DNA from: a virus
Taxonomy: Duplodnaviria > Heunggongvirae > Uroviricota > Caudoviricetes
Reading direction: 5' to 3' (one strand)
Length of the DNA stretch: 64,000 bases
IMG/VR virus record: IMGVR_UViG_3300011972_000167
Shown: piece after piece, positions 9,875 to 19,510 of the stretch
Layout of the letters: every line of letters begins with the position of its first letter
Numbering within the stretch: position 1 is the stretch's first letter
Notes under the pieces: model-generated
The model's database searches: none
Told to the model about the DNA's origin: nothing
Seen by the model: the letters and a program-made list of their open reading frames with translations, nothing else
Program-made: the position numbers and the translations under genes

Positions 9875-10417
9875 TTGAGTGATGCATTGAGATTTATATT
9901 TAAGACATTTATAAAAATACCATTTATAATAATGATTTCTTATTTCCTAGTTAATTTACTTTTGTTTTCGTTGTATTATTTCAAGTTTACTGGTATAAGT
10001 TACAGTGTAATGAATACTGCGATGGAAAATAATTATATACCAGAAAATGAGTATGGAACTATAAAAAAGACTATAGATGACATAAAGAATAGTAGCGTAC
10101 TTATAAAGGATGCTGACATTGTAACTGACACTCCAAATAAAAGAAAACAATATGGAAGTAAGGTAAAAGTAGGTGTTAGATATACTTATAGATGGTTAAC
10201 ACCTTTAATGCCTTGGGATACAGGTCAAACTCCCTCTGATATAAGAGGTGGAACTAGTATAATTGATGATAGTACTGCCAGTGAGGGAAATTTATCTTCT
10301 ATAACTGCTGAGGAGGCAAGGAGAAGAATAGATGCCTTATCAGATAGGTCATTAAATTCACCAATAGAAATAGTTTATGAGGTGCCAGGATTGCAATACT
10401 ATCCTGATATGAATTAG
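9875..10417 (+). CDS. TadE-like pseudopilin / membrane-anchored protein (TTG start)
   Basis: N-terminal TM IPFIIMISYFLVNLLLFSLYYF and position after the pilin gene. RBS GGAGG. Confidence 0.35.
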   Translation: MSDALRFIFKTFIKIPFIIMISYFLVNLLLFSLYYFKFTGISYSVMNTAMENNYIPENEYGTIKKTIDDIKNSSVLIKDADIVTDTPNKRKQYGSKVKVGVRYTYRWLTPLMPWDTGQTPSDIRGGTSIIDDSTASEGNLSSITAEEARRRIDALSDRSLNSPIEIVYEVPGLQYYPDMN

Positions 10418-10434
10418 TTTATGAGGATACTTTA

Positions 10435-11436
10435 ATGGGTAGTGGTATAAAAAGTATATTTAAGGTTCTTATATTTTTTACTTTATTTGTTACAATAGGG
10501 ATGATTATTATTGAGGTATATAATTTGACTATAGCTAGTGAGTTACTAAAGTCTACGGCTCATACTACTTTAGAGAGGTCTTGTGATTATTTTGCTCAAG
10601 AGAGTTATAAAAATGGTAGTGGAAATGCATATCAGTTAAGGGGATATAATAGTGGTTTAGACACTTCCTTAAATGGACAATTTTATTATGGTTCTGACTC
10701 TCAAGTTTATGATAAATTGTATACAAATAGTGATGAATTTAAAACTTATGTTAACAGATTTAAGGATAAATATAGGAAACTTAAGGTATTAGGTAAAGGT
10801 TTAGGTTTAACTCATGATATTTTATTTGATGGTGAAGATGCCATAGGTTCTTATTACAGACAAGGCTTGGTAACTCCATTAAATATAGGTATAGCATACT
10901 TAGATAGGGGTACTGTTGAAAAAATATTCAAATGGGAGTTGGTTGCTATATTATCTTCTGGACAAGAGGATATGATAATTACGAATCCTGCTGATGGTAG
11001 TAACCCTTATGTTTTATATAAAGGGTTTAGAATTTATTATAACTCTATAAAGTTAGAGGATCCTTCTTATAAAGTCTACGATTTATTTAATAGTGATGAT
11101 AAGAAAAAATTTGAAGAATTAACTAACATAGAAGTTGATGATTATATGCTAAGGGCTAGGATAAATGAATCAGATGAGCGTAGATATATAGTTGTAGCTA
11201 ATATGAATTATAAAGTTCGTGTTGGATATGAGGGAATAACTCCAATAAGAAGGCTTTTTCAGTGGGTAGTTAACACGGGAGATGATGAAAGATATGATAT
11301 AAACAATCCAAAGTGGAGTGGGGATACTACTTTAAGTAGGGTAGGAGCAAGAAATGAGGACTTTTTTAGGTCAGGTTTAAGATATGACTCTTCTGTGGGA
11401 ATAGGAAATAAGATTATATACTATATAGTCAGATAG
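10435..11436 (+). CDS. TadE/TadG-like membrane-anchored protein
   Basis: N-terminal TM VLIFFTLFVTIGMIIIEVYNL followed by a large extracytoplasmic domain. Confidence 0.3.
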   Translation: MGSGIKSIFKVLIFFTLFVTIGMIIIEVYNLTIASELLKSTAHTTLERSCDYFAQESYKNGSGNAYQLRGYNSGLDTSLNGQFYYGSDSQVYDKLYTNSDEFKTYVNRFKDKYRKLKVLGKGLGLTHDILFDGEDAIGSYYRQGLVTPLNIGIAYLDRGTVEKIFKWELVAILSSGQEDMIITNPADGSNPYVLYKGFRIYYNSIKLEDPSYKVYDLFNSDDKKKFEELTNIEVDDYMLRARINESDERRYIVVANMNYKVRVGYEGITPIRRLFQWVVNTGDDERYDINNPKWSGDTTLSRVGARNEDFFRSGLRYDSSVGIGNKIIYYIVR

Positions 11437-11444
11437 GAGATAGG

Positions 11445-12080
11445 ATGTTTAGTTTATTTGGGAAAAAGAAAACAAAAGAGCCTGTAGAAGAACTTCCAAT
11501 AGTAGATAAGGCATTATTAATTTTAACAGATAACCCAAAGGCTGGTATGGTAGATTACTTTAAGTCTTTTGATATAAAGATTAAAGGTTTATATAAAAGT
11601 TTAGATGATTTAAGAACTGAGTTAATTTTATATAGTTCAGATATACCTACCAGATTGGTTATTGTAGACAGTGGAGTTGATAAGTTTAACTCTACTGGAA
11701 ACGGTGATAATAATTTATATGATATATTAGAGTTGGCAAGTAATAAAGAGTTTGATATTACTGTATTGACTTCTAATAAAGGTTTGGTAAAAAGTGTAAA
11801 GAGTATACTTAAGAAATTAGGTAAAGCAGTTAATGATAAAGCTGATTACTCGGAGTATGATAGTATAAATTCCATAATAGAAAAGTTAAGTTCTTATAGA
11901 GAACACTATATAGAGAATGGAGCAACAGATATAGTTTTAGAGGAGCCATTAAAATTTAAGGGTCAAGAGGTAGATATAAAGTATCAAACTGGGATAAAAT
12001 ACAATGATTTTGAAACTTTAGCAGGTATATCAGATGATACATTAGGAAATGGTTTAACGGCTTTTAAGGTTAAGATTTAA
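11445..12080 (+). CDS. Hypothetical cytoplasmic protein, last gene of the tad-like operon
   Basis: 211-aa ORF, translationally close to the upstream gene. Followed by a hairpin and T-run. Confidence 0.4.
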   Translation: MFSLFGKKKTKEPVEELPIVDKALLILTDNPKAGMVDYFKSFDIKIKGLYKSLDDLRTELILYSSDIPTRLVIVDSGVDKFNSTGNGDNNLYDILELASNKEFDITVLTSNKGLVKSVKSILKKLGKAVNDKADYSEYDSINSIIEKLSSYREHYIENGATDIVLEEPLKFKGQEVDIKYQTGIKYNDFETLAGISDDTLGNGLTAFKVKI

Positions 12081-12088
12081 TAATGCAT

Positions 12089-12140
12089 AAGAGATAATTT
12101 TAATTTACTTATTTTAGTGGTTAAAGTTATCTCTTTTTTG
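12089..12140 (+). terminator. Putative terminator (long-loop hairpin + T-run)
   Basis: AAGAGATAA ... TTATCTCTT followed by TTTTTG. The loop is about 29 nt, so stability is modest. Confidence 0.35.
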
Positions 12141-12255
12141 TTGTTAAAGCCTGTAAGTAATTAAAGTATAATTAAATGTTTGAATTAGAACTTTTATTGT
12201 TATATAGATATGAAAGTAAGTTCAGATATAGCATAAAAGCTAAGAAAGAGAGTTT

Positions 12256-13497
12256 ATGAGTTTAATTCAGGCATTTTTGATTGATAATTTTAATTTTAAG
12301 GAGGTAACTAATATAATGTTACATGTTTGTACGGACCAAGGTGCTTCATGCACTAGATATTCAGCAAATAACAGTAAGGTGTATAAGAACCCTAATAACT
12401 TTATTACTGTGGAACCCGATGAGGATATCAGATATATACCACATAGCGATGAGTTTGTTGATAACATGGACTTAACGATTACTAAAGATGGAGATAGTGA
12501 TTTCTTTCCTAAAAGGATACTTGGAGGAACTTTAGCGGATAGGTATTCAAGTTCATCTGTTAAGCCAAGCATGCTTTCAAGCAAGAGCAAGCAACCAGTT
12601 AATTACTATAGCATTATTTCATCAGTTGTGGACTCTATATTGCTTAAAGAGGGTTCATTAAACGGAGAAAATCCTGTAGAGGTAGCCTGCTATATCTGTT
12701 TACCACCAGTGGAAATTACGGGTAATAATGAGAACGAAGATTATGTAAAGGCACAACTTAAAGGAAAGTATACGGTTAAGTTAAACAAGATGGATAAAGA
12801 GATTACTTTTAATATAAGAGAGGTAAGTATTTATCCAGAGAGTGTAATGGCTGTTGTTGCCTTTTTGTTTAATCAAGATGCTACTCAGCGTACAGAGATG
12901 GCTAAGTATAATAAAGGAAATGTACTAAGCTTTGATATAGGTGCAAGTACCTCTGACTTGGTTATAATTAACGATAGAAAGTTTGTGGAGCATTCTGGAT
13001 ATACCTGTAAGCTTGGTGGAAATATTATAGATGACTTGCTTCGTAATGAAATTCGCAGAAAGTTAGGCGTAGAGGTTTCTAACGATGACATAGCCGAGGC
13101 AGTAAGAACAGGTAGACTTGCTTATGGTAGCTCTTATAAAGATGTAAGTGAAGAGTTAAAGAAGTGCAAAAAGCAGTTTGCAAAAATGCTTTTTGAGAAG
13201 ATTCAAAACTATTTTGCTACCAATGGAATGGGATTGCAGTCTATCAAGGCTATATTTATGAGTGGTGGCGGTTCAATGCCATCAAGTTACATAGATGAGT
13301 CTGGTAAAGAGATAGTAACATCTCCGTCTGTTGGTGAGTACATAGATGAGGAGATTAAGAAAGTGTGTGACAGCATAGATATGGTACTATCACCATCTGT
13401 AAATCCTAGAGAGTGCAATATAGTTGGGTTAATACTTAGTATGAATGTTCAGAGAAAGCAATCTCAAATTCAGAACAATAAAAGTAAAAAAGAGTAA
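12256..13497 (+). CDS. Actin-like segregation ATPase (ParM/Alp family)
   Basis: Phosphate-1 MLHVCTDQGASCTRY (DxGxxxxR). Phosphate-2 LSFDIGASTSDLVII. Adenosine/phosphate-3 motif AIFMSGGGSMPS. 413 aa. Confidence 0.55.
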   Translation: MSLIQAFLIDNFNFKEVTNIMLHVCTDQGASCTRYSANNSKVYKNPNNFITVEPDEDIRYIPHSDEFVDNMDLTITKDGDSDFFPKRILGGTLADRYSSSSVKPSMLSSKSKQPVNYYSIISSVVDSILLKEGSLNGENPVEVACYICLPPVEITGNNENEDYVKAQLKGKYTVKLNKMDKEITFNIREVSIYPESVMAVVAFLFNQDATQRTEMAKYNKGNVLSFDIGASTSDLVIINDRKFVEHSGYTCKLGGNIIDDLLRNEIRRKLGVEVSNDDIAEAVRTGRLAYGSSYKDVSEELKKCKKQFAKMLFEKIQNYFATNGMGLQSIKAIFMSGGGSMPSSYIDESGKEIVTSPSVGEYIDEEIKKVCDSIDMVLSPSVNPRECNIVGLILSMNVQRKQSQIQNNKSKKE

Positions 13498-13540
13498 GAA
13501 AGGAGAGGACTCTGATAGTTTATGAGTCCTTAAAGATAAA

Positions 13541-15685
13541 ATGCTAAAGACAGCTATATTGGTATGTAAGCAGTCTAAAATAAGATTAAAGCATACAAAA
13601 TCTTATAGGGCTATTACAGAGAAAGAGTTTTTAAGGTTTATGGAATATGATACTTCCATAAACCTTGGTATCATAGAGATAGATAAAGATGCTACTGATG
13701 AAGTTATTAGTAGCATAGTAAAATTAGTAGATTATTGTGAGTCCAATTTGAATAAAAGAGTTATACTAATGTCATATAAGAGTGATGTTAGTATGGATTA
13801 TGTTGCTTATAGTGTAACCGAGTTACAAGAATTGATAGAGGCTGAAACAGGCTATGATGTAAGTACTTATATAAAAGAAAATTTATTCGATGAACAGCAA
13901 GAAGTTCAGGTATCTCAAGTAGAGAATGGCTTATCCTCTATTGCTGAATTTGAGATACCTGATGAAGAAGAGGAAGAAGAAGAGAACATAGAGGTCATCA
14001 AGATTATCAAAGATATAGAAGAGCGTAATATAGAGAATGAAAAGATTAAAGACCTTGAGATGATAATTGATGACCTTAAAGAAAAATTAGATAAATCAGT
14101 AAGCGTTAATGCTGAATTAGAGAGTACAAGAGAAAACTTATTAAAATCAAAGAATGAAGCTGATAATGAAATAGTTAGATTAACTTCTGAATTAGAGTCT
14201 AACAAGCATAAGATAGCCGAGTTAGAAAGTAATAACTATGTTGGAGAGATTGAAAGGCTTGTTAAAGAATTAGATAGTTATAAAATAAAAGTATCAGCTT
14301 TAGATGAAATAGAAGATAAACTCAGGGAAATAAATAGTTTATGTGATGAAAAAGATAAGATTATTAGAGACCTTGAGAATAGTATAAAAGACATTGAAAA
14401 GAAAGATAGAAGAAATGAGATAGTTTTAGAATTAAATTCAAAAAGGGCAGATACTATAAGGTTCATAGATAAAATTTATGTAGACCTTAAAAATACCATA
14501 AATGTTCTTAAGACTAAAGATAGTGAATTACATGAGGCTTTAAGAGAAGTTAAAGAATTAACTGACGACTGTAATTCTCTTAAAGAAAGTTTGAATAGTG
14601 CAATCAGCAGAGAGAAAGAGTATGCAGATAAAGAGTATAAATATAAAGAAAACATAAGTTTATTAGAGTCTAACTTAGATAAATTAGGAGAGGATTACAG
14701 TAACTCTAACAGACTTTTGGAAACCTATAAATCTAAGGTATTAAGTGCTGAAGCTTCTATTGCTCAAAGTGATGTGATAAAAACTAAGTTAAGCATTACT
14801 GAAAAAGAGTTAAAAGCTAGAATTGCTGAAATTGCAGATAAGGACATTGAGATTAAAAGATTAAACTCCAGTGTTAATACTAAAGAAGTAATAACTGTTG
14901 GAGTTGATAAGGTATTCAGTTCTTTTGAATATAAGGGTACTGCTAAGCTAATAAATGTATTTGGCGGAGGCAGTTATGGCATAACAAGCATAGCTTACTC
15001 AATAGCTAATAGGTTAAAAGGCAAGGTATTGTTTTTAGATTTTGATTTATTCAATCCAAAGTCTGATAAATACACTAAGAAAAATCCAATGGTAAGTGTT
15101 GCAGGTGTACCTAACAATCTATATAGGACTGGTGTAGGTGTATTATACAGTTGTGGCATAGATAAGTTTATAAGTGAATATGATAAGCTTGTTATAAAAG
15201 TTCTGAAAATAAAGGAACTTGAGTTAAGTTGGATAAGCGGATTGTATTCAATATTAAAGTTAGAAAATTTAGATTATACATCTGAATTTTTTAATTATAT
15301 AGGCAGTTTATATGATTATATAATAATAGACTCTGGTAAGGTAGGGTATTCCAATATAAATGACAGTTTAATTAAGAGTTTATGTGAGGTTAGCTATAAG
15401 AATTTAGTAGTATCAAGTAATGATACAGTAAGTATAAGGGGAATTGGTTTAGCATTAAATAAAGTTAAGCTAGCTAATGTAGATTGGATATTGAATTTAA
15501 GTAACAATTCTATTATAAGTGATAAAGCTAAAAAGAGTATCGGAGACAGTTCATATTATATATTACCTTTCAGTAATTCTATCTTTGGTACTGACAAATT
15601 AATAATAGATGATAATAACATAGATGGAAGATTATCAGCTTATCTTAGTAAGTTTGGATTGGAGGTAAATAAAGTTGGATTATAA
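13541..15685 (+). CDS. Receiver-like N-domain / ~300-aa coiled coil / C-terminal MinD/ParA-fold domain with lysine-less P-loop
   Basis: N-terminus AILVCKQ...IIEID...VILMSYKSD (beta-alpha pattern). Residues about 130-450 are heptad-rich E/K/L coiled coil. C-terminus LINVFGGGSYGITSIAYSIANRLKGKVLFLDFD resembles the MinD/CpaE Walker A region but lacks the Lys. Confidence 0.4.
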   Translation: MLKTAILVCKQSKIRLKHTKSYRAITEKEFLRFMEYDTSINLGIIEIDKDATDEVISSIVKLVDYCESNLNKRVILMSYKSDVSMDYVAYSVTELQELIEAETGYDVSTYIKENLFDEQQEVQVSQVENGLSSIAEFEIPDEEEEEEENIEVIKIIKDIEERNIENEKIKDLEMIIDDLKEKLDKSVSVNAELESTRENLLKSKNEADNEIVRLTSELESNKHKIAELESNNYVGEIERLVKELDSYKIKVSALDEIEDKLREINSLCDEKDKIIRDLENSIKDIEKKDRRNEIVLELNSKRADTIRFIDKIYVDLKNTINVLKTKDSELHEALREVKELTDDCNSLKESLNSAISREKEYADKEYKYKENISLLESNLDKLGEDYSNSNRLLETYKSKVLSAEASIAQSDVIKTKLSITEKELKARIAEIADKDIEIKRLNSSVNTKEVITVGVDKVFSSFEYKGTAKLINVFGGGSYGITSIAYSIANRLKGKVLFLDFDLFNPKSDKYTKKNPMVSVAGVPNNLYRTGVGVLYSCGIDKFISEYDKLVIKVLKIKELELSWISGLYSILKLENLDYTSEFFNYIGSLYDYIIIDSGKVGYSNINDSLIKSLCEVSYKNLVVSSNDTVSIRGIGLALNKVKLANVDWILNLSNNSIISDKAKKSIGDSSYYILPFSNSIFGTDKLIIDDNNIDGRLSAYLSKFGLEVNKVGL

Positions 15686-16442
15686 AGTAAAATTAGGGGC
15701 TACTTTATCCTTTAATTTAGGACTTGAGAGGGATATGGTTGAGCAAATAAATAAGTTAAAGGCTAGGCATAAGCTTGGAGAGTTTATAAGTAATTCTCTT
15801 AGGATAGTATTTGAAAACCCTGAATTATTAGAAAAACAAGGAGTAAGCCTTGCTGAGTATGGATTAACTGATAATAGAAAGAAATTAAATGATGCTATTC
15901 GTACTGAAATAATCAGAATGAATAATAAAATTCAAAAGACATACAAAATGGCTTATGAAATGTATAGCTTAGCAAAGTTTAATAAGCAATTAAATTTGTA
16001 TGATTGTTCAAGGAACATACTCGCCAGTCAGTTTATACTAGCTAAACAAATAGAAGATTTAAGAAAATTATTAGGGGTCAGTAGTATAGAACAACCTGTA
16101 AATTTACATAAAGTAGATACCAGCATAGATGATATCCTAGAGTACATATTATTAACTCATTCAGAAATAGTAGACGAGTTAAAAGAAAGTTTAACTGGTA
16201 GTAATGATTACTTGAAAAAGTTAAATGACCTAAAAGATTTAGCAGACAAGCATATTACAAAAGAAGTTAAAACTATTGAACCTCAGCCTGATATTGAAGC
16301 AGAAGATGATGAAGATAATGATACTTCTGATATGACTCAAAATGATATAGTTGAAGATGAAAAAGAAGATGAAGCTACTGATTTTGAAATAAGTGATGAT
16401 GCAAATATGAATGATTTAGCTGATTTAATTAATTTGTTTTAA
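15675..16442 (+). CDS. Hypothetical protein with highly acidic C-terminus (TTG start)
   Basis: 255-aa ORF with RBS GGAGG and a C-terminal D/E-rich tail (EAEDDEDNDTSDM...). Confidence 0.4.
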   Translation: MDYKVKLGATLSFNLGLERDMVEQINKLKARHKLGEFISNSLRIVFENPELLEKQGVSLAEYGLTDNRKKLNDAIRTEIIRMNNKIQKTYKMAYEMYSLAKFNKQLNLYDCSRNILASQFILAKQIEDLRKLLGVSSIEQPVNLHKVDTSIDDILEYILLTHSEIVDELKESLTGSNDYLKKLNDLKDLADKHITKEVKTIEPQPDIEAEDDEDNDTSDMTQNDIVEDEKEDEATDFEISDDANMNDLADLINLF

Positions 16443-16457
16443 GTTGGAGTATAAAGC

Positions 16458-17339
16458 ATGGATGATAAATATAAAGACTTGCCTTTTATGTTAGATTATA
16501 GAGGGGCATATCTAGTAAAAGAAGATATACTAGAGTTATATAAAAAGCTTAGTAATGATGGTAAGATAGGATTAAAGAATTTTAGTAACTTAAAGCTAAG
16601 CTTATATAAAAAGAAATATATGATTAAAACTGGAAAGAGCTCAAGGTTAGCCACCAAAGAAGAAGTACAAAAAGCAGTTTATGGGGTATATTATGATAAA
16701 GAGAGCATTTTAAGTTTTTATACTACTAAATATATAGCTTTGATTTTGGATTATATAACTACTGGAAAATCCTATGAAACTTCCATAAATAAAAATAAAC
16801 TCATAGAAGTTTATGAGTATATGTTTACAGATAAGTTTATAAGTGATTTACATACTATAAAATCTTCTAATCAGCTTAAGTTTTATGAAAAAAATACGGA
16901 TACTAATAATTGTGAATTGATGGTTGATGCATTGAAAGTTATAAGAGAAGAGTTGGATCCTGATTTTGGTACTGACTATAGTAAGAAAGCTTTTAGTATA
17001 GCTAAATATGCTTTAAAAAATAAATCTTATATATTGTCAAAAAGTCAATTTTCTATTATAGAAATTGAGTATAAGAAAATAAAAAATAAGAATAATGGTA
17101 TAAGCTTAGATATTTTGGATAAAGCAAGAAAAATTAAGGCTGACATAACAATAAACAGCAGTTATTCTAATATGATATATGATATAGCTTGTCAGGCTAT
17201 TGAAAAAAATTATCTATCTGAAAAACAGAAGAAATTACTTTTAGAGTATAAAGAAGTTAAAAAAGCTGTTGAGCCTACTGTTGATAATACGCCTGATGAT
17301 GTACCTGATTTTGATTTAGGTAGTTTTGATTGGAATTAG
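16458..17339 (+). CDS. Hypothetical protein
   Basis: 293-aa ORF, co-oriented, with RBS-like GGAG upstream. Confidence 0.35.
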   Translation: MDDKYKDLPFMLDYRGAYLVKEDILELYKKLSNDGKIGLKNFSNLKLSLYKKKYMIKTGKSSRLATKEEVQKAVYGVYYDKESILSFYTTKYIALILDYITTGKSYETSINKNKLIEVYEYMFTDKFISDLHTIKSSNQLKFYEKNTDTNNCELMVDALKVIREELDPDFGTDYSKKAFSIAKYALKNKSYILSKSQFSIIEIEYKKIKNKNNGISLDILDKARKIKADITINSSYSNMIYDIACQAIEKNYLSEKQKKLLLEYKEVKKAVEPTVDNTPDDVPDFDLGSFDWN

Positions 17340-17569
17340 GAGGTAGCATGAAAAAGTTTGCAGTTTATTTTATAAACAGTAATAAAAAGAGTTGTGTACT
17401 TTGCTTAGAGAATGATTATGATACTGCTCAAGTTAAGTACAAGATATATAACAGATTGGGAAATGTCAGGATACATGAATATGAGAGTAATACTTCCATA
17501 GATGAAGATTTGGAAAGTTTATTAGAATTAGAAGATAAGATAGACAGTTTAGGGGGTTTTGATGAGTAG
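17330..17569 (+). CDS. Small hypothetical protein
   Basis: 79 aa. Overlaps its upstream and downstream neighbours by about 10 nt (translational coupling). RBS GGAGG. Confidence 0.3.
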   Translation: MELGGSMKKFAVYFINSNKKSCVLCLENDYDTAQVKYKIYNRLGNVRIHEYESNTSIDEDLESLLELEDKIDSLGGFDE

Positions 17570-18437
17570 AGTACACTTGATAATAGATTTTATGCCTTTG
17601 TATTATAAATACTTTTTTAAGTTAAAATGTGGAAAGCTTCCTAAATTAAGTTATAATGATTTAGACACTACTTATTTATATTACATAACAAAAGAGATAG
17701 AGGATTCTTGTAAATTGGTTTCTAAAGATAGAGAAAACATTTTAATAAGTGTTTGTTTTGATTCTAAAGGCAGTAAAAGAAAAGAAATAGATACTAATTA
17801 TAAGAGTAATAGGGATACGAACCTTGAGAGTTATGATTTTGACATGATAGATAATTTTATATATCCTATATTTGATAAACTATATGACTCTTATAAATTG
17901 GATGGATATGAGGCAGATGATATAATAGTAGGTTTAGCTAAACATACAGATAAATTTGATAGGGTTTATGTAATGTCACCTGATAAAGATTTATCTCACT
18001 TGATAAATGATAAAGTCAGTTGCATTAAAAATTCTACAATGAACAGTAGTAAATATATAGTTGATATATATAGCTATGAGGATATATTGACTAGTAAACT
18101 TGGGGCAAGAGTACCTTATAATTCAATCCTATTATATCTTTGTACTGTAGGAGATAGCTCAGATAACATTAAAGGAGTTAGCGGTTTTGGTAAATCAGCC
18201 TTTAATAAATTAATACTAAGCAATAAAGAATTTGATTATTCTTCTTTATATACAAAAGATAACATACTTAAGTTTTTAGAAAATACATTTGATGGAGATA
18301 AGTTATTTCAAGCTAAGCATAGTTTAGATTTAGTGTATCCTTTTGATTTAGAAATAGAATTAAAGGATTCAAATTCAGATAGGAATGCTAGATTTAATGA
18401 ATTTATAGCTTATGGATTCAAAAGTTTAGTTTATTAG
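17559..18437 (+). CDS. 5'-3' exonuclease / flap endonuclease (Pol I N-terminal-like, FEN family)
   Basis: LIIDFMPLYYKYFF (like LLIDGNSL..R). GYEADDIIVGLAKH. DKDLSHLIND. H3TH GDSSDNIKGVSGFGKSAFNKL. Confidence 0.8.
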   Translation: MMSRVHLIIDFMPLYYKYFFKLKCGKLPKLSYNDLDTTYLYYITKEIEDSCKLVSKDRENILISVCFDSKGSKRKEIDTNYKSNRDTNLESYDFDMIDNFIYPIFDKLYDSYKLDGYEADDIIVGLAKHTDKFDRVYVMSPDKDLSHLINDKVSCIKNSTMNSSKYIVDIYSYEDILTSKLGARVPYNSILLYLCTVGDSSDNIKGVSGFGKSAFNKLILSNKEFDYSSLYTKDNILKFLENTFDGDKLFQAKHSLDLVYPFDLEIELKDSNSDRNARFNEFIAYGFKSLVY

Positions 18438-18454
18438 GCTGGAGGTTATTACTT

Positions 18455-19507
18455 ATGATAAATTATGAGATGCTTACTTTTTTAGGATTTGCTAGTGAGG
18501 AGATACATTTTGTAGAGTGTGCATTAAATTATAACTGTGGTAAATTAGTAACTCCTGCTACAATATTAAGAAAGTTTGCTATGGATAATAATATAAATAC
18601 ACATCTTGATTTTAGTAAAATATCTTATTTGACTAATATACTTATAGGAAACTCTAGTAGAAGAATTATAAACAGTCTAAATTTAATAATGAATTGTAAA
18701 AATACTGTTTATGGGGATACTTATAGAAGTTCAGAAGAGTTTAGGGCTTTAGATATTTTAGCAAGACATTTTAATTATATGAGAAATAATTTTAGAATTA
18801 GCAATAGTATTGAAATTAGAACCAATAGAGACCTTCCAGAGTCAAAATTAACTGAGGTTGTGGAGTTAGCTGAGATAGATGGCATAGAAGATGATTCTTT
18901 CAGCATTTATAACAGTGACAGATATGAGGATAATAGTAGGTATCTAAAGGTTAAAAAAAGAGGAAATATAATGCAATTAATTCCTAAAAGATTACCTGTT
19001 ATAAAATATGGAACTGAACCTAAAATAGATGGTGTAATAGAATTAAGAAAAGATGAATACAGTGATTTTGGTGAAACAAGCTATACATTGTATGTTAACA
19101 GCAGATATGTTAAGTTACTCAATACTTTTATTATTTGTGTAAGTATAAGGATGCCTGACAATCATCTTGGTATGTTCGATATAGTTACTGATAACGGTTC
19201 AAGAATTTATGTATATGCTACTGAGTGGACAGCAAAAAACAGAAAACTTAAGTCATCTTCTACTGAGTACAATTCTAATCAAGCTAGAATAGTAGATTAC
19301 GGATATACAAACAAACAATTAGAAGATAAGCTTTATAAATTAGCAGTTGATGTATCAAACAGGTATAGTAAAAAGTTAATTTTATATATAGCACCTGTAA
19401 TAGAGTTTGATGAGACTCAAAGAATTGAGTTAAATACTAACCTAACTAGAGGAAAATTGGAGTTAGACTTAGGATTAAGTGAAGAAGATTATGAGATAGG
19501 AGATTAG
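18455..19507 (+). CDS. Hypothetical protein
   Basis: 350-aa ORF with RBS GGAGG. Confidence 0.4.
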   Translation: MINYEMLTFLGFASEEIHFVECALNYNCGKLVTPATILRKFAMDNNINTHLDFSKISYLTNILIGNSSRRIINSLNLIMNCKNTVYGDTYRSSEEFRALDILARHFNYMRNNFRISNSIEIRTNRDLPESKLTEVVELAEIDGIEDDSFSIYNSDRYEDNSRYLKVKKRGNIMQLIPKRLPVIKYGTEPKIDGVIELRKDEYSDFGETSYTLYVNSRYVKLLNTFIICVSIRMPDNHLGMFDIVTDNGSRIYVYATEWTAKNRKLKSSSTEYNSNQARIVDYGYTNKQLEDKLYKLAVDVSNRYSKKLILYIAPVIEFDETQRIELNTNLTRGKLELDLGLSEEDYEIGD

Positions 19508-19510
19508 AAA

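Noticed and set aside
12141-12255. Centromere-like repeats upstream of the actin-like gene
   Set aside because: No direct or inverted repeat family is visible in this 115-bp region.
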